Positions 20,858-31,792 of a DNA stretch of 64,000 nt are shown one piece after another; position 1 is the stretch's first letter, and every line of letters begins with the position of its first letter. The DNA is from Histomonas meleagridis 2922-C6/04-290x (Eukaryota; Protista; Parabasalia), in assembly GCA_020184695.1 (NCBI GenBank), contig JAANOX010000033.1:310001-374000 (forward strand), in the 5' to 3' direction. A program made the position numbers and the translations under genes. Under the pieces are notes generated by a model. That model had not been told where the DNA came from and did not search any database. It saw nothing but the letters and a program-made list of their open reading frames with translations.

Positions 20858-21400
20858 TCAGCTCATAAAAAGTATTAAATTTTGTGACTGTGCGTTGTCG
20901 TGTAAATGAATTAGAAATTGAAAATGTATTCGATTTTGTAAATGAATGTGTTGAAATTGGTGAACACGCACCACAGCATATTCATTATTCACTGGAAATG
21001 TCCAAATATTGTTAAATATGTAATAACTGATGACAATATACGGTTCTGAATTGCCAAAATTATAAAAGGTTACGTCATTCGGTGTCGCTGGCTTCTTTGA
21101 GTTATGTTCCAAGTGTTAATATTGTTAAATTATAACAATTAGAAAACGCTGAATCTCAATGTTTTGAACCGAATTTGGAAGTGTGGCATTTATTAGTGAT
21201 GGACAAAATGAAAATGCTGAATTTCCGATATGATTTACAGTGTTACAAAAATGAATATATGTAACTGATTTTGCAAATGAATTCATATGAATACCTATTA
21301 AAAGTGTAAAATTACAATCATCAAAAAATATTTGAAAAGAATTCATGAAAAATAGAGCAATAGCAAAAGCATTTTTGGCTTTGTTTCCTTTGATTTTCAA
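20858..21400 (-). pseudogene. Degenerate BspA-like paralog
   Basis: MNSFQIFFDD...HIGNSAFSFCPSLINATLPNSV, followed by broken frames that contain CGACSPISTHSFTKSNTFS (cf. GNCSPIATISFSSSHTFS in copy A). No TM retained. Confidence 0.7.
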
Positions 21401-22695
21401 CCTAAGCCCTGAACTAAAATCGATTTTTTTCCGAAGAAACTATTTGATATAAACCGCTGTTAGATAATTGTATACAATTGAATTTGGATGATTCAAAATA
21501 TTTTGCACTAATGAAGAAAATAAAAACTCCCAATGTAATTATAATATTTATCCAAGGTTTGTAGAGGAAGGTTACGTTCATCAAATGTAATGATTTTAAA
21601 TGATTTTTGAGAAATTGTGAGATCTGATTCTAAAAAGTTTTTGTTTAAATACTAAAACATGGTTCGATGGAATCGTACATATATTGTCGGAGATGGGTTT
21701 TACATTTAAATTGTAATTAGTGACATCTGTAGAAATAATGCATAAAATTAATAAAAATTATTGTTAATTATTTCAAAAATTGGAACCTTATCATTGCGTA
21801 GATAGTAAGTGCCTCTTTATTTCTGTCCTTTATATATAAAAATTTTGTGTATTTGAAAAATGAATCTCGAAGCTTCATTTGAGTTCTGAATAATTTCAAG
21901 ATGTGCAAAATGAGCAAGAATTGAATAGCTTTCATGTTTCAATTTGAAATATAGCTGAAGACCTTAGTCACATTGGTCAATACAAAACTTGAAAATCTCA
22001 CATTTAAATGATAAAAAGTTTGTTACTTTCTTGAAATTTTTCTATTTGCCTTTAAATCTTTCGCTTAATGTTTAAAAACATCAATGAAAACAAGGCTTTT
22101 ATATAATATTATGAATATACTTTGTGTTATGCGAACATTGCAATGAAGCAACTTTTTTGTTTATGAATTTATTTAGAAACTGAATGAGTTTTGTGCGTTG
22201 TTCTATATCGCTTCGAAATATAATTCTTCATCTTGATTATATCAAATAAATGAGGAATCTACTTGCTTGTATATTAAAGTCAAAAAGGTTTAAACATTTA
22301 TGCAAAAAGAAAACTTTAAAAATTTGTGCAAAATTAATCATATGTGTTTCAAGTTGAAATTTCAACAAGCATCGAAAAATATTATCAGCAAATCATAATA
22401 TTAATATTTATAATTATTGTTATATTTAAAAAAACGATAATTAAATAATAACCAATGATACAAAAAGAGAGTACTTAAATTTAAATTTCTATTACAAACA
22501 ATAAATCATTTAGTCGATGAAAAGTGTCTGCTTTAATATAATCACATTTTTACCTCAAAACAATATTAATATATATAAACAAATTGTTAATCGATTAACA
22601 TTTCAAATATTATCATTTCTCATTACGAATCATTTCATAGTTTTTAAATATATTACGATATATCAAATAAAAAATATATTTTATTTTACATCAAA

Positions 22696-23882
22696 TTATA
22701 GCCAATTGTCTTCATCTTCTTGAACAATATCTTCAACTAAAGTATTTACGTCATCCATTTGTTTTGTACTTGATGTAGTTGTATCCTTAAATTGTAATTT
22801 CGATGTCGATTTTACTTTTTTGTAATTACTTTTGATTAAGAATATAACAATTCCAACAATTATCAACACGAATGCAATTGCCCCGCAAATAATTCCAATC
22901 ATTGCATTAGTTGTAAGTCCATTTGTTTGTAAAATGTTCGTGTGAAACATTGTAATGAAATTTGAATAATAATTATAATATGTCGAATACATAATAACTG
23001 TGTAATTATAATAAATAAATTCTGTTTCGATATAAGAAAATGTTGAATTAATTATGGATAATGAAAGTGATCTTGTTTGCGTTTTCAGAATAAGTAAATG
23101 AATTTGTAATTGTCAATGTATATGTTAATGTATATGAAAATGAAAATGTTAAATCACTTTGATATGATCCAGTGAATGTATTACTTCGACTGAATGTGTG
23201 TGATGAAGAAAATGAAATTGTTGCAATCGGGCTGCAGTTTCCTTCTGTGTTGTCTTTGTCAACACCTAAATTTCCAAATTTACTTCCTGCATATGTTGGA
23301 TATGTGATAACACTTGCTGTAACATTATAAAATGCATTATCTCCAATACTTGGTTCTGTATATCCATAATAATAAATGCATTCAAGTGAATTACAATTAC
23401 CAAATGCTGAACTTCCAATTTCTCTTATTCCAGACCCAAGTGTTAATATTCTTAAATTAGAACATAATGAAAATGCTGAACTCCCCAATTGAAGTGACTG
23501 AAATTGGAATTGTAATGCTTTTGATGGATGAACACAATGAAAATGCTCCACCACCAATTCTTGTAACATTTCCACCAAATATAATCCTTTCTAAATTAGA
23601 ACATAACGAAAACACATAACCACCAATATCTGATATAGAATTACCAAAATTAACTGAAATAACTAATGGCCATCCTGAAAATACATCACCTGGAATCGAA
23701 TAAATTCCTTTACTAATGTTTACAAATTTCGTGACGTTTTTATATTGATCAATTTGTTCAAAATCATTTAAATTTGTTATTATTAATGTTGAGTTATTAT
23801 CATATAATATTTGAAAGGAATTTATGAAAAATATAACAAAAATTATAACGTTTTTATGTTTTTTCTTTTCGCATGTTTTCAA
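22696..23882 (-). pseudogene. BspA-like LRR type I membrane protein, copy B (two frameshifts)
   Basis: Same ectodomain as copy A. Extra C at 23483-23486 and extra T at 23082-23085 split it over ORFs 23457-, 23048- and 22696-. TM MIGIICGAIAFVLIIVGIVIFLI; tail ends EDEDNWL. Confidence 0.8.
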
Positions 23883-23887
23883 TTTGT
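23176..23887. repeat. 712-bp near-identical direct duplication (partner 18698-19409)
   Basis: See partner. Confidence 0.9.
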
Positions 23888-25551
23888 TCATTAAAAGTTT
23901 AATTTCAAAAAATAATAAAAATCCCAAAATAAAAATGTTATGCATCAGAACTTGAATAACTTTAATGAATTTGAACATTTTCTTTATGAAAATATTATTC
24001 ATTGAAAATGCTAAGTGTTCTTTTAATGTAAAATGATTAAGTACAAAAGAAAAGAATTTGAAATAATGTTTAACATATGAAATTGGTAATTCTAATAAAG
24101 GGAAATGCCAATGATATTTTTCTGCACTGATGTTAAATGTATAGGTTTGATTATTCTTTAGAATAATAAAATTTGTTACTTTAATGGATACATTCGCTTT
24201 TTCGTGGGATGAAGATGTAAAGTATATGTCCTCTTTGGATTTCGAAGTAAGGCAAGTGTAATGTTTGAAAGTTTGAGGAGTAGATAATTGATCATCAAAG
24301 ATCTTTAAACCTGAATTTTGTGGAGAGATTTGTAACGAGCATAAGAAATGCACGGGGAAAGCCAAGAAGAAATAACACATTCGTGAGAAAACTTGAGAAA
24401 CTTATTGATAAATCAGTCAAAAACGATACAGAGAGCTTCAACCGCTTCGCTTTTTAGTTATTTCATTGGTTAAACTTTTGTTGATGCATGTTTTATAGTT
24501 TTTGCGATCGGAAGATGTTCACAAAGCTGAAACTCAATATTTTGTTATAAAAAGTGACAGAAGGTTCCATAATTAAATTGTATTAAAATACTGTTAAAAA
24601 AACAAAAGAAAGAAGAAGACATCGTCCGCAACCAAGAAAACACGATCGTTGAATAAAAACATACAAAAAGTTTATTTCAATACAATTAACAGATCACACT
24701 GAATTTTGAATGCAGCATTTCTCCAAACAACGGTTTGATTTTAAACCTGTTGAAAAATCGATTATAACCAATATTGATCGTTCGAAACCATAGCACTTTT
24801 GAAAAAGTGTGAAATGATTTCAAAAAACATGGCATTTCTAATTTCCTTTGAATTATTTCGTCAATGATTCGCCTCAGAAATTGAGAGAAACCACCAAAAA
24901 ACATGATCGTACAGTTATTGAAAAATTGGACTTCGAACTGAATTTTTTTTTGTAAAGTAAAGAAAATTGAATTATTCATCAAAAAATCAAATAAGAAATT
25001 ATAGTTAAAACTTACAAGCTACGGTCAACTTCCTAAAATTCCAATGCCCCTTGAAAATCCAGAAGAAAATTGTGTCAGCACAAGAATATGCACAGAAAAC
25101 AAAAAAACATTAAACATTTTGTGTTATGTAGCAGTTGCAACCATTTTGATAATACCCTTTAGGGAGAAATTTCATTTTGAATTAGTTCGTTCTTAACTCA
25201 GCAAATCTACATTGTGTTTTTTTATATAAAAATATATTTAACATATATTGAAGAACAAATAATTTTATTCTGAAATAGAATTGTAACCTTGTTATTATTT
25301 TGGCATTTTTTAAAATTCACTAGAAATCTCCAATTGTAGGTAACTATCATATCCAAAATTACTTACATTTTTTACTCCTACATTGATATAAAATGAAATT
25401 TAAAATCATGATTCCATGGAACATTAACTATGTAATTGAGTTCAAACAAATGCTGTTCTAAACTTTTTATAGATGGATAAAGTTTTAGTACATCGAATAA
25501 TTTTGAAATTTTAATATTAGAAATAAACGCTATCTATACTTTATTCAAACA

Positions 25552-26220
25552 TTACATCCATTGATCATCATCTTCTTTTGCCATTTCTCCTATTGTTTGT
25601 ATCATTTCATATTGCTGTTCTTTTTCTAAATTGGAACTTAACGAATCACTAAACTTTCCATTAAGTTCCGAATCTGATTTATCTTTTTTACTAATTCTAA
25701 ATAACCAAACCATAACACCAATGATGATTAACACCAAAGCTATAGATCCACATATAATCCCAATAAGAGATACACTGTTTAAAACAGGTTCATCACTAAT
25801 ACGATATAAAGATTGAAATACAAATATATAATAATCTGAATAAAAACTAATCATTGTCGTCATGTGAATAATTGAATATTCATAAAATATTAATGTCGAA
25901 TCGGATAAATACTGAGTGCGGAAAATTTGGGTAAATGAACTTATGTCAGATGAATATATTGTGAGAATAAACGAAAAACTGAGTGACGCACCAAATGGAA
26001 ATGAAGAAGTGAAAGAATTGGACTCTGAAAACGAATTAGAATTTGTAAATGAATTCGACTTCGTAAATGTATTTGATTGCGAAAATGTGTTTGACTCTGA
26101 AAATGAATTTGATTGAGTAAATGTATTCGACTGGGAAAATGTATTCGATGAAAAAACGAGAAAAAATGATGTTTTAGTATCAGAACAATATAACAATGAA
26201 TTATCCCTTAAAAAGAACAA
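25552..26220 (-). pseudogene. C-terminal fragment of a BspA-like membrane protein (stalk, TM, tail; LRRs missing)
   Basis: (SNTFSQ/SNSFSE)n hexapeptide stalk, TM LIGIICGSIALVLIIIGVMVWLF, tail ends EDDDQWM. Paralogous to the 3' end of copy B. No ATG start or signal peptide (track start is TTG). Confidence 0.7.
26030..26160 (-). repeat. Imperfect 18-bp coding tandem repeat (S-N-T/S-F-S/T-x stalk)
   Basis: About seven units translating SNTFSQ SNTFTQ SNSFSE SNTFSQ SNTFTK SNSFTN SNSFSE. Boundaries approximate. Confidence 0.7.
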
Positions 26221-26684
26221 TACTACTGGCGATTGTAATAACTTTCAACATTTCCAGTCATAATGAAAGTGGTAGATAAATCATATGATACAATAAGGAA
26301 AATATAATTTTAAGTTCCTTGTGACATTTTTATTTCTTGTTATAGACCTATAATGTTTCTTGCAAATCTTATGCAGATAAAATAAATAAATTTATACATA
26401 ATTTGGATTTCAAAAAATTGAAAACACCAAATTTCAAAAAACATTTAACAAGACATTTGATGTAAGCTTATATTGTTAAATGATACAATTATTAAATTAT
26501 TAAATTATTTTCTTGAATTTTTAAAAATTTAAATTGATCGAACTTTTTGCATTGAGTGTTTTCTTTAACGTACATCGTTCCAAAACACCTTCATCGTTTT
26601 TCTTGGATTCAAATTTTGATAACAACTTCCATTATCACAATCACAAAGCCCTGTCAAACGATGCTTTAATTCTATCAAAAAGTA

Positions 26685-26696
26685 TCACTTCACTTT
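26685..26696 (+). promoter_or_regulatory. Tandem initiator (Inr)-like elements of the DPD gene
   Basis: TCACTTCACTTT 8-19 nt upstream of ATG 26704 matches the trichomonad Inr TCA(T/C)(T/A). Confidence 0.55.
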
Positions 26697-26703
26697 AAAG
26701 ATC

Positions 26704-29433
26704 ATGGATATAGAAGACGTTCAAATCCTGACAACACCAACATGCGAGCAACGCTGCATTCGTGAAAAAATCGCTCTTCCAGTCCGCGAGAAGCTTTCCA
26801 CATTTGAAATCCCAACACCACCGACTGAAGATGATGTTGTTTCTGAAGCTCGCCGTTGTATCTACTGCTCTGATGCTCCATGCTCCAAATGCTGCCCAAC
26901 AAATCTCGATGTTAAGGAATATGTTCATGCCGCAGCTGCAAGGAACTGGTATTATGCTGCCAAAGTTATTTTATCTGCTAACCCACTCCCACTTTCCACT
27001 GGTATGCTTTGCAATGTCAGAAGCACATGTCAAGGTGGTTGCAACCTTAGAAAGACATCCGCTGGTCCAATCAAGACAAACATGATTCAAGTTCACGCCG
27101 TCCGTAAATTCCGCGAATACAACATTCCACCAGTTGTTCCAGCTAGCATTGGCAAGAAAGTTGCCGTTGTTGGTGCTGGTCCATCTGGTCTTTCATGTGC
27201 ATCCTTCCTTAGAAGATTCGGTATCGACGTTACTATTTTTGAAAAAGAAAGCTTTGCAGGTGGTATCATGATGAAAGAAATTCTTCCATTCAGAGTTCCA
27301 AAGGAAGATATTGACTTCGAAATTGAACTTGTTAAACAAGCTGGTGTTGAATTCCAATTCAACAAGAAACTTGGTGTAGACATGACAGTTGAATCACTCC
27401 TTAAAGATGGCTACGATGCAGTTTATCTTGCATTCGGTAAACCAGAATCAATCAAACCACCAATGCACAATGTTGGCGCAATTGATTGGGCTGACTTCCT
27501 TCATGACCTTAATGGCATCCTTAAGTTTAAGAACGGAAAACAACTTCCAGATTGGAAAGGAAAGAAAGTTTGTGTTCTTGGTTCCGGTGGTACTGCTGCT
27601 GACTGTGCATCTGCTGCATCACGTCTCGGTGCTGATGTTACAATTGCATGTTTCGAAGACTTCAAGAGCATGCCAGCACCAATGGCCGAAATCGAGAAAT
27701 TACTTCACGAAGGTATCGAATTCATGACACTTGTTCAAGTTACATCCATTGACAATGGAGAAGTTAAGTTCGAAACAGTTGAACACTTAGAAGATGGCAC
27801 ATACAAGCGTCTTGGCGAATTTATCACACGTAAATTCGATGAAGTTATTGTCGCATTCGGTGCAACAATGAGAGAAGCACGCAAGAACATTCCAGGAGAA
27901 GTTAATGTTCAAAAAGTTGAAGGTTATGATAATGTATTTGTCGGTGGTGATATCTGCAATACAATCTCAGTTATTGAAGCTGTTAACGATGGTAAAGTTG
28001 CTGCACGTAAGATTGCTGATTTATTCGGCATCAATGATCCAATTCCAATGTTCACAACCGAAGTTGATAAGGTTTCACTTGAAACAGAAATTTGTGGAAT
28101 TAAGTTCCCTAACCCTATTGGTATTTCATCTGGTGAAGTTTCAGCTACATATGAATGTGTCCGTAACTCATTGCTTGCAGGTAATGGTTGGGCTACAACA
28201 AAGACAATTCTTTTATCAAAGGATCTTCAAAGAGATAATGATATGAGAATTGTTAAGGCAGAAGATAATCCATTCCATCAAGGATGCTCATTCATGAACA
28301 TTGCTATGCTTTCTGAACATTCTGCTGAATATTGGTTCGATGCTATCCGTAAGCTTAAGAAGGAATTCCCAGACAGAGTTATTGTTGCATCAATTTCATC
28401 AACAGATAACAGAGATGATTGGCATGAAGTTGTCAAGCGTGCATGCGAAGCAGGTGCAGATGCATTAGAATTAAACCTTAGCTGTCCAAACGAAGTTCAT
28501 GGAAAAGGTGGATTCAAAGGAGGATTTGATAGTGAAAATAAGATTGGTATGGCATTAGGTGTTAGCCCACAAAATGTTCAACGTATTGCTTCATATGTTA
28601 AGGAAGCTACAACAGTTCCATTCTTTGTTAAGATCACACCAAACGTTACATCACCAGTTGACTTAGCTAAAGCAGCTACAGATGGTGGCGCTGATGGTGT
28701 TGCAATGATTAACACTGTTGCTGGTATTTCCAGATTCTTCCCAGATGGTACACCATTACCACAAGTTGGTAAAGAGAAATATGTATTAAGTGGTGGTTTA
28801 TCTGGTGAATTAATCAGACCAATTGCCTTAAGACAAATTTCTAAAGTTCATTTATCCAATGAACCAATGCCAATCTTAGGTATGGGTGGTATTTGGTCAG
28901 CTGACACTGCTATGCAACACTTATACGCTGGTTCAAGTGTATTCGCTTTATGCTCTGCAACAATCCGTTATTCATATGAAATCACACGTGAAATCCAAGC
29001 TGGACTTAAGTTCTTACTTTACGCATGGTCACGTCCTGACTTAAGATCAATCTTAGGTAACTACAACAGTGATATGATGACATTACCTCATAAGGTACCC
29101 AAAGTCACCGACACTAAGCCAGACAGGCCAGTTCCAACATTAGCAGAAATGAGAGGCGCTGGTTCAAAGAGAGTCGTACAAAGAGAATCACTCGATGCTT
29201 GCTGGACAGTCAACTCAAAGATTGACCATTCCATCTGCGTTAATTGTGGTAAATGCGCTTACACTTGCAGAGATAATGGTAACATTGCCATCTCGAAACA
29301 AGCTGATGGAACTTGGGAAGTCGATGTCAACAGATGCGTCGGTTGTGGTGCATGCGTATCCGTTTGCCCACTTCACGCAATTAGTCTTGTTAAGTCTCCA
29401 ACTGACAAGCCATGGCACTGGAATAAGGAGTAA
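26704..29433 (+). CDS. DPYD: Dihydropyrimidine dehydrogenase (fused FAD/FMN/Fe-S, eukaryote-type architecture)
   Basis: CIYCSDAPCSKCCP and LCNVRSTCQGGC Fe-S region; VAVVGAGPSGLSCA (FAD); VCVLGSGGTAADCA (NAD(P)H); FPNPIGISSG, ATTKT, ELNLSCPN, VKITPNVT, GGLSG, GMGGI (FMN barrel); C-terminal CVNCGKC...C / CVGCGACVSVCP ferredoxin. C-ending codon bias suggests high expression. Confidence 0.93.
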   Translation: MDIEDVQILTTPTCEQRCIREKIALPVREKLSTFEIPTPPTEDDVVSEARRCIYCSDAPCSKCCPTNLDVKEYVHAAAARNWYYAAKVILSANPLPLSTGMLCNVRSTCQGGCNLRKTSAGPIKTNMIQVHAVRKFREYNIPPVVPASIGKKVAVVGAGPSGLSCASFLRRFGIDVTIFEKESFAGGIMMKEILPFRVPKEDIDFEIELVKQAGVEFQFNKKLGVDMTVESLLKDGYDAVYLAFGKPESIKPPMHNVGAIDWADFLHDLNGILKFKNGKQLPDWKGKKVCVLGSGGTAADCASAASRLGADVTIACFEDFKSMPAPMAEIEKLLHEGIEFMTLVQVTSIDNGEVKFETVEHLEDGTYKRLGEFITRKFDEVIVAFGATMREARKNIPGEVNVQKVEGYDNVFVGGDICNTISVIEAVNDGKVAARKIADLFGINDPIPMFTTEVDKVSLETEICGIKFPNPIGISSGEVSATYECVRNSLLAGNGWATTKTILLSKDLQRDNDMRIVKAEDNPFHQGCSFMNIAMLSEHSAEYWFDAIRKLKKEFPDRVIVASISSTDNRDDWHEVVKRACEAGADALELNLSCPNEVHGKGGFKGGFDSENKIGMALGVSPQNVQRIASYVKEATTVPFFVKITPNVTSPVDLAKAATDGGADGVAMINTVAGISRFFPDGTPLPQVGKEKYVLSGGLSGELIRPIALRQISKVHLSNEPMPILGMGGIWSADTAMQHLYAGSSVFALCSATIRYSYEITREIQAGLKFLLYAWSRPDLRSILGNYNSDMMTLPHKVPKVTDTKPDRPVPTLAEMRGAGSKRVVQRESLDACWTVNSKIDHSICVNCGKCAYTCRDNGNIAISKQADGTWEVDVNRCVGCGACVSVCPLHAISLVKSPTDKPWHWNKE

Positions 29434-29616
29434 GTAAATAATGCTCAATAAGAGCAATACTTCAGAAATTATTTTTTTTAATTGACTCTTTCATGAAGTT
29501 GAAGTAATTACTTTGAGTAGATTAACCCTGGTCCCATTTAAGTTTCATCGGATTGAGCTTTGTGGTTTGTGGAAACATAATTTGATCATCAGATCAGGGG
29601 CACCCCAAGTGGTAGG

Positions 29617-30831
29617 ATGTATCTTTCAACGAATGATATCTCTCTTAAAATGATCGAAAAGTATGGAAATCAACACGAAAAGGAAGAGTACTTGAAGGTA
29701 ATTGGTAATAGGTCGAATGCAGATATTTGTGAAATCCCACGATTTTCTCATTATGATATTCCAAAAAATGAAAAAATTATTGAAGAATATTATGATAAAT
29801 ATAGATCTGTTCTTCCAGCTATTGTTTCTTCAAAATTGCCAACTTCTAAAAAAATGAAAGCAATTTTATCTTTTATAAGTGAATCAAAATCACGTTATAT
29901 TAAGTATAATAAGAAAAAATTCAATTTCCTTTATGCCAAATATAAGTCAAATTTGTTTTCTGAAAAGACTCTACGCCATTTTCTTTTATACAGAGATGTT
30001 TTTGATTTCCAAGTTTATTCGCATTTTTCTGTTTGGATCTGCGAAACTAACGGCCGCATTATCGAAATGATTCCGTATGCCTCTAGCGGGGAATATCTTA
30101 TGACCATTGATGACATTTCAGATTATCTTGAATCCAAATTCAGCTCCTTTAAGACTCTTTCATCACTTTCCACAGAAAATCTTCTTCCGTTTTATCGCCA
30201 ATGTGTTCTTGAGCAAATTTCTTTTCATTTTGATCCATTCAATACAAATAAGTATTCACCATTTCAACTTTTTTCATCGCCAAAGTTTACACAGTTTTTT
30301 TTTATCGATGAAAACAACACATTTAAGAATCCATATTCGTTTACATATTTTCGACATTATTATACAGAATTCATCAATCATATATCAAGTGAAGGAATGC
30401 TTTCAAAACGCACATTTAAGCATTGGGGAAGCTATAGTTTCGTTGATCCCTTCATTGATCGTTTCTTTGAATGTTCTACAACATTTAATGAATGCATTGA
30501 TTTCGCAGGATTCATTCGGTTTGTTGTATTTCTTGATCATCCAAAACATGTTAATACTTCTCGTTATTTCTTTGAGCTTTTTGACGTGAATGGAGATGGA
30601 ATGCTCGATATGTGCGATGTTGATTATTTCGTAAAAGGTCTTGTGAGAGAATCAAAGGTATTTGTGCCTGTGGATGAAGTGTTCAGAGAAATACTTGACA
30701 AGGCATGCGCAAACGATGTGTTTGTGACAAGAGATCAATTCATCGAATGTGGCTGTGCATATGAAATTGCTTCAATCCTTTTTGATTATAAGGAGTTTGG
30801 TCTATATTATGGGAAAAAAGATGATGATTGA
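29617..30831 (+). CDS. PP2A regulatory subunit B''-like EF-hand protein
   Basis: FIDRFFE...IDFAGFIRFV...RYFFELFDVNGDGMLDMCDVDYF...EILD...VTRDQF, typical of the PR72/PPP2R3 family. Confidence 0.75.
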   Translation: MYLSTNDISLKMIEKYGNQHEKEEYLKVIGNRSNADICEIPRFSHYDIPKNEKIIEEYYDKYRSVLPAIVSSKLPTSKKMKAILSFISESKSRYIKYNKKKFNFLYAKYKSNLFSEKTLRHFLLYRDVFDFQVYSHFSVWICETNGRIIEMIPYASSGEYLMTIDDISDYLESKFSSFKTLSSLSTENLLPFYRQCVLEQISFHFDPFNTNKYSPFQLFSSPKFTQFFFIDENNTFKNPYSFTYFRHYYTEFINHISSEGMLSKRTFKHWGSYSFVDPFIDRFFECSTTFNECIDFAGFIRFVVFLDHPKHVNTSRYFFELFDVNGDGMLDMCDVDYFVKGLVRESKVFVPVDEVFREILDKACANDVFVTRDQFIECGCAYEIASILFDYKEFGLYYGKKDDD

Positions 30832-30895
30832 CTGTTAATAAAATGATATTATATATATATTTTTAGTAATCAAATATTTGATGAACGGATTTTTT

Positions 30896-31261
30896 TTAAA
30901 ATTTTAAATTCTCAATTTGAATTTCAATGTCAGTGAGCTTTTGGAGGAGTTTGTCTGTACCAAGTTCTGTGACTTGTTTTAATTCTTTTGTAAGATTTGA
31001 AATATCGTAAGTAAGTTGAACTATTTCTTCCTCTGATTTTAATATAGCGCTTTCGCCTGCTTCGCCACTTTTGCAAATTTCTTTAAACTTACTGTTGATT
31101 TCTTCATAGCGCTCTCTCAAATAATTAAGTTGATCTTGAATGAAATTTGGATTCTGAAGTTTGGAAATTATTAGATCCAACTTTCCCTCTGTTTCACTGA
31201 TCTGTTTTTCCCATTCGTCATATTGCAACTCTATTGTATTCAGTTGCTGGCTGATATCCAT
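30896..31261 (-). CDS. Coiled-coil protein of unknown function
   Basis: 121 aa with heptad pattern; ATG start, TAA-A stop, three M3-like motifs upstream. Confidence 0.65.
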   Translation of the reverse strand: MDISQQLNTIELQYDEWEKQISETEGKLDLIISKLQNPNFIQDQLNYLRERYEEINSKFKEICKSGEAGESAILKSEEEIVQLTYDISNLTKELKQVTELGTDKLLQKLTDIEIQIENLKF

Positions 31262-31269
31262 CCGAAAAT

Positions 31270-31302
31270 AAACCGTTTAATTCGACCGTTAAATAAACCG
31301 TT
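31270..31302 (-). promoter_or_regulatory. Cluster of three M3-like (AACGGT) elements
   Basis: Plus strand AAACCGTTT (31270), GACCGTT and AAACCGTTT (31295), immediately upstream of the minus-strand ATG at 31261. Confidence 0.5.
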
Positions 31303-31792
31303 TATAGTGCTTTGGCCGCCTGAAAAGTGGGTGGTACATTAACGTACAAAAATTTACATATGCATTTATTAAGAAACGAGTTTTATTCTAATTTCCTCAT
31401 GAATTTAAAATAACACACTTTATTTCTACATGTCAAATCTTTAGATATAAGTTTTTGTCTTATAAAGATATTGGAATATGAGATGATTTAATTCTATTGA
31501 TTGTCAAACGACCGTTTAGAGAATCGGAATTGTTCTTTTTTCAAAATACTCATAAATATGTGTTGCCATATTTCCCGAACTTTAGGTGGCATTGAGAAGT
31601 GAAAAAATATTTACACAAAAAAGTCTGTATTTAAATTCGTTCTCGTGCTTTTCATTCGATCGAACGTTAAAAGACAAAAAAAATGCCAAAACAATTATTT
31701 TACAACTTGAATTTTACAAAATCCCCGGTTTTGGCTCAAATTCAGCTAATTTGAATGAAGAGTTCAATAGAATCATTTTAAAATTCCAGAAA

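Noticed and set aside
23888-24380. Long upstream extension of BspA copy B (and 19410-19752 for copy A)
   Set aside because: Not shared between the copies and not protein-like; chance open frames in unique flanks.
31586-31792. N-terminal extension of the large BspA ORF from GTG
   Set aside because: The signal peptide and Inr-like motif point to ATG 31793.
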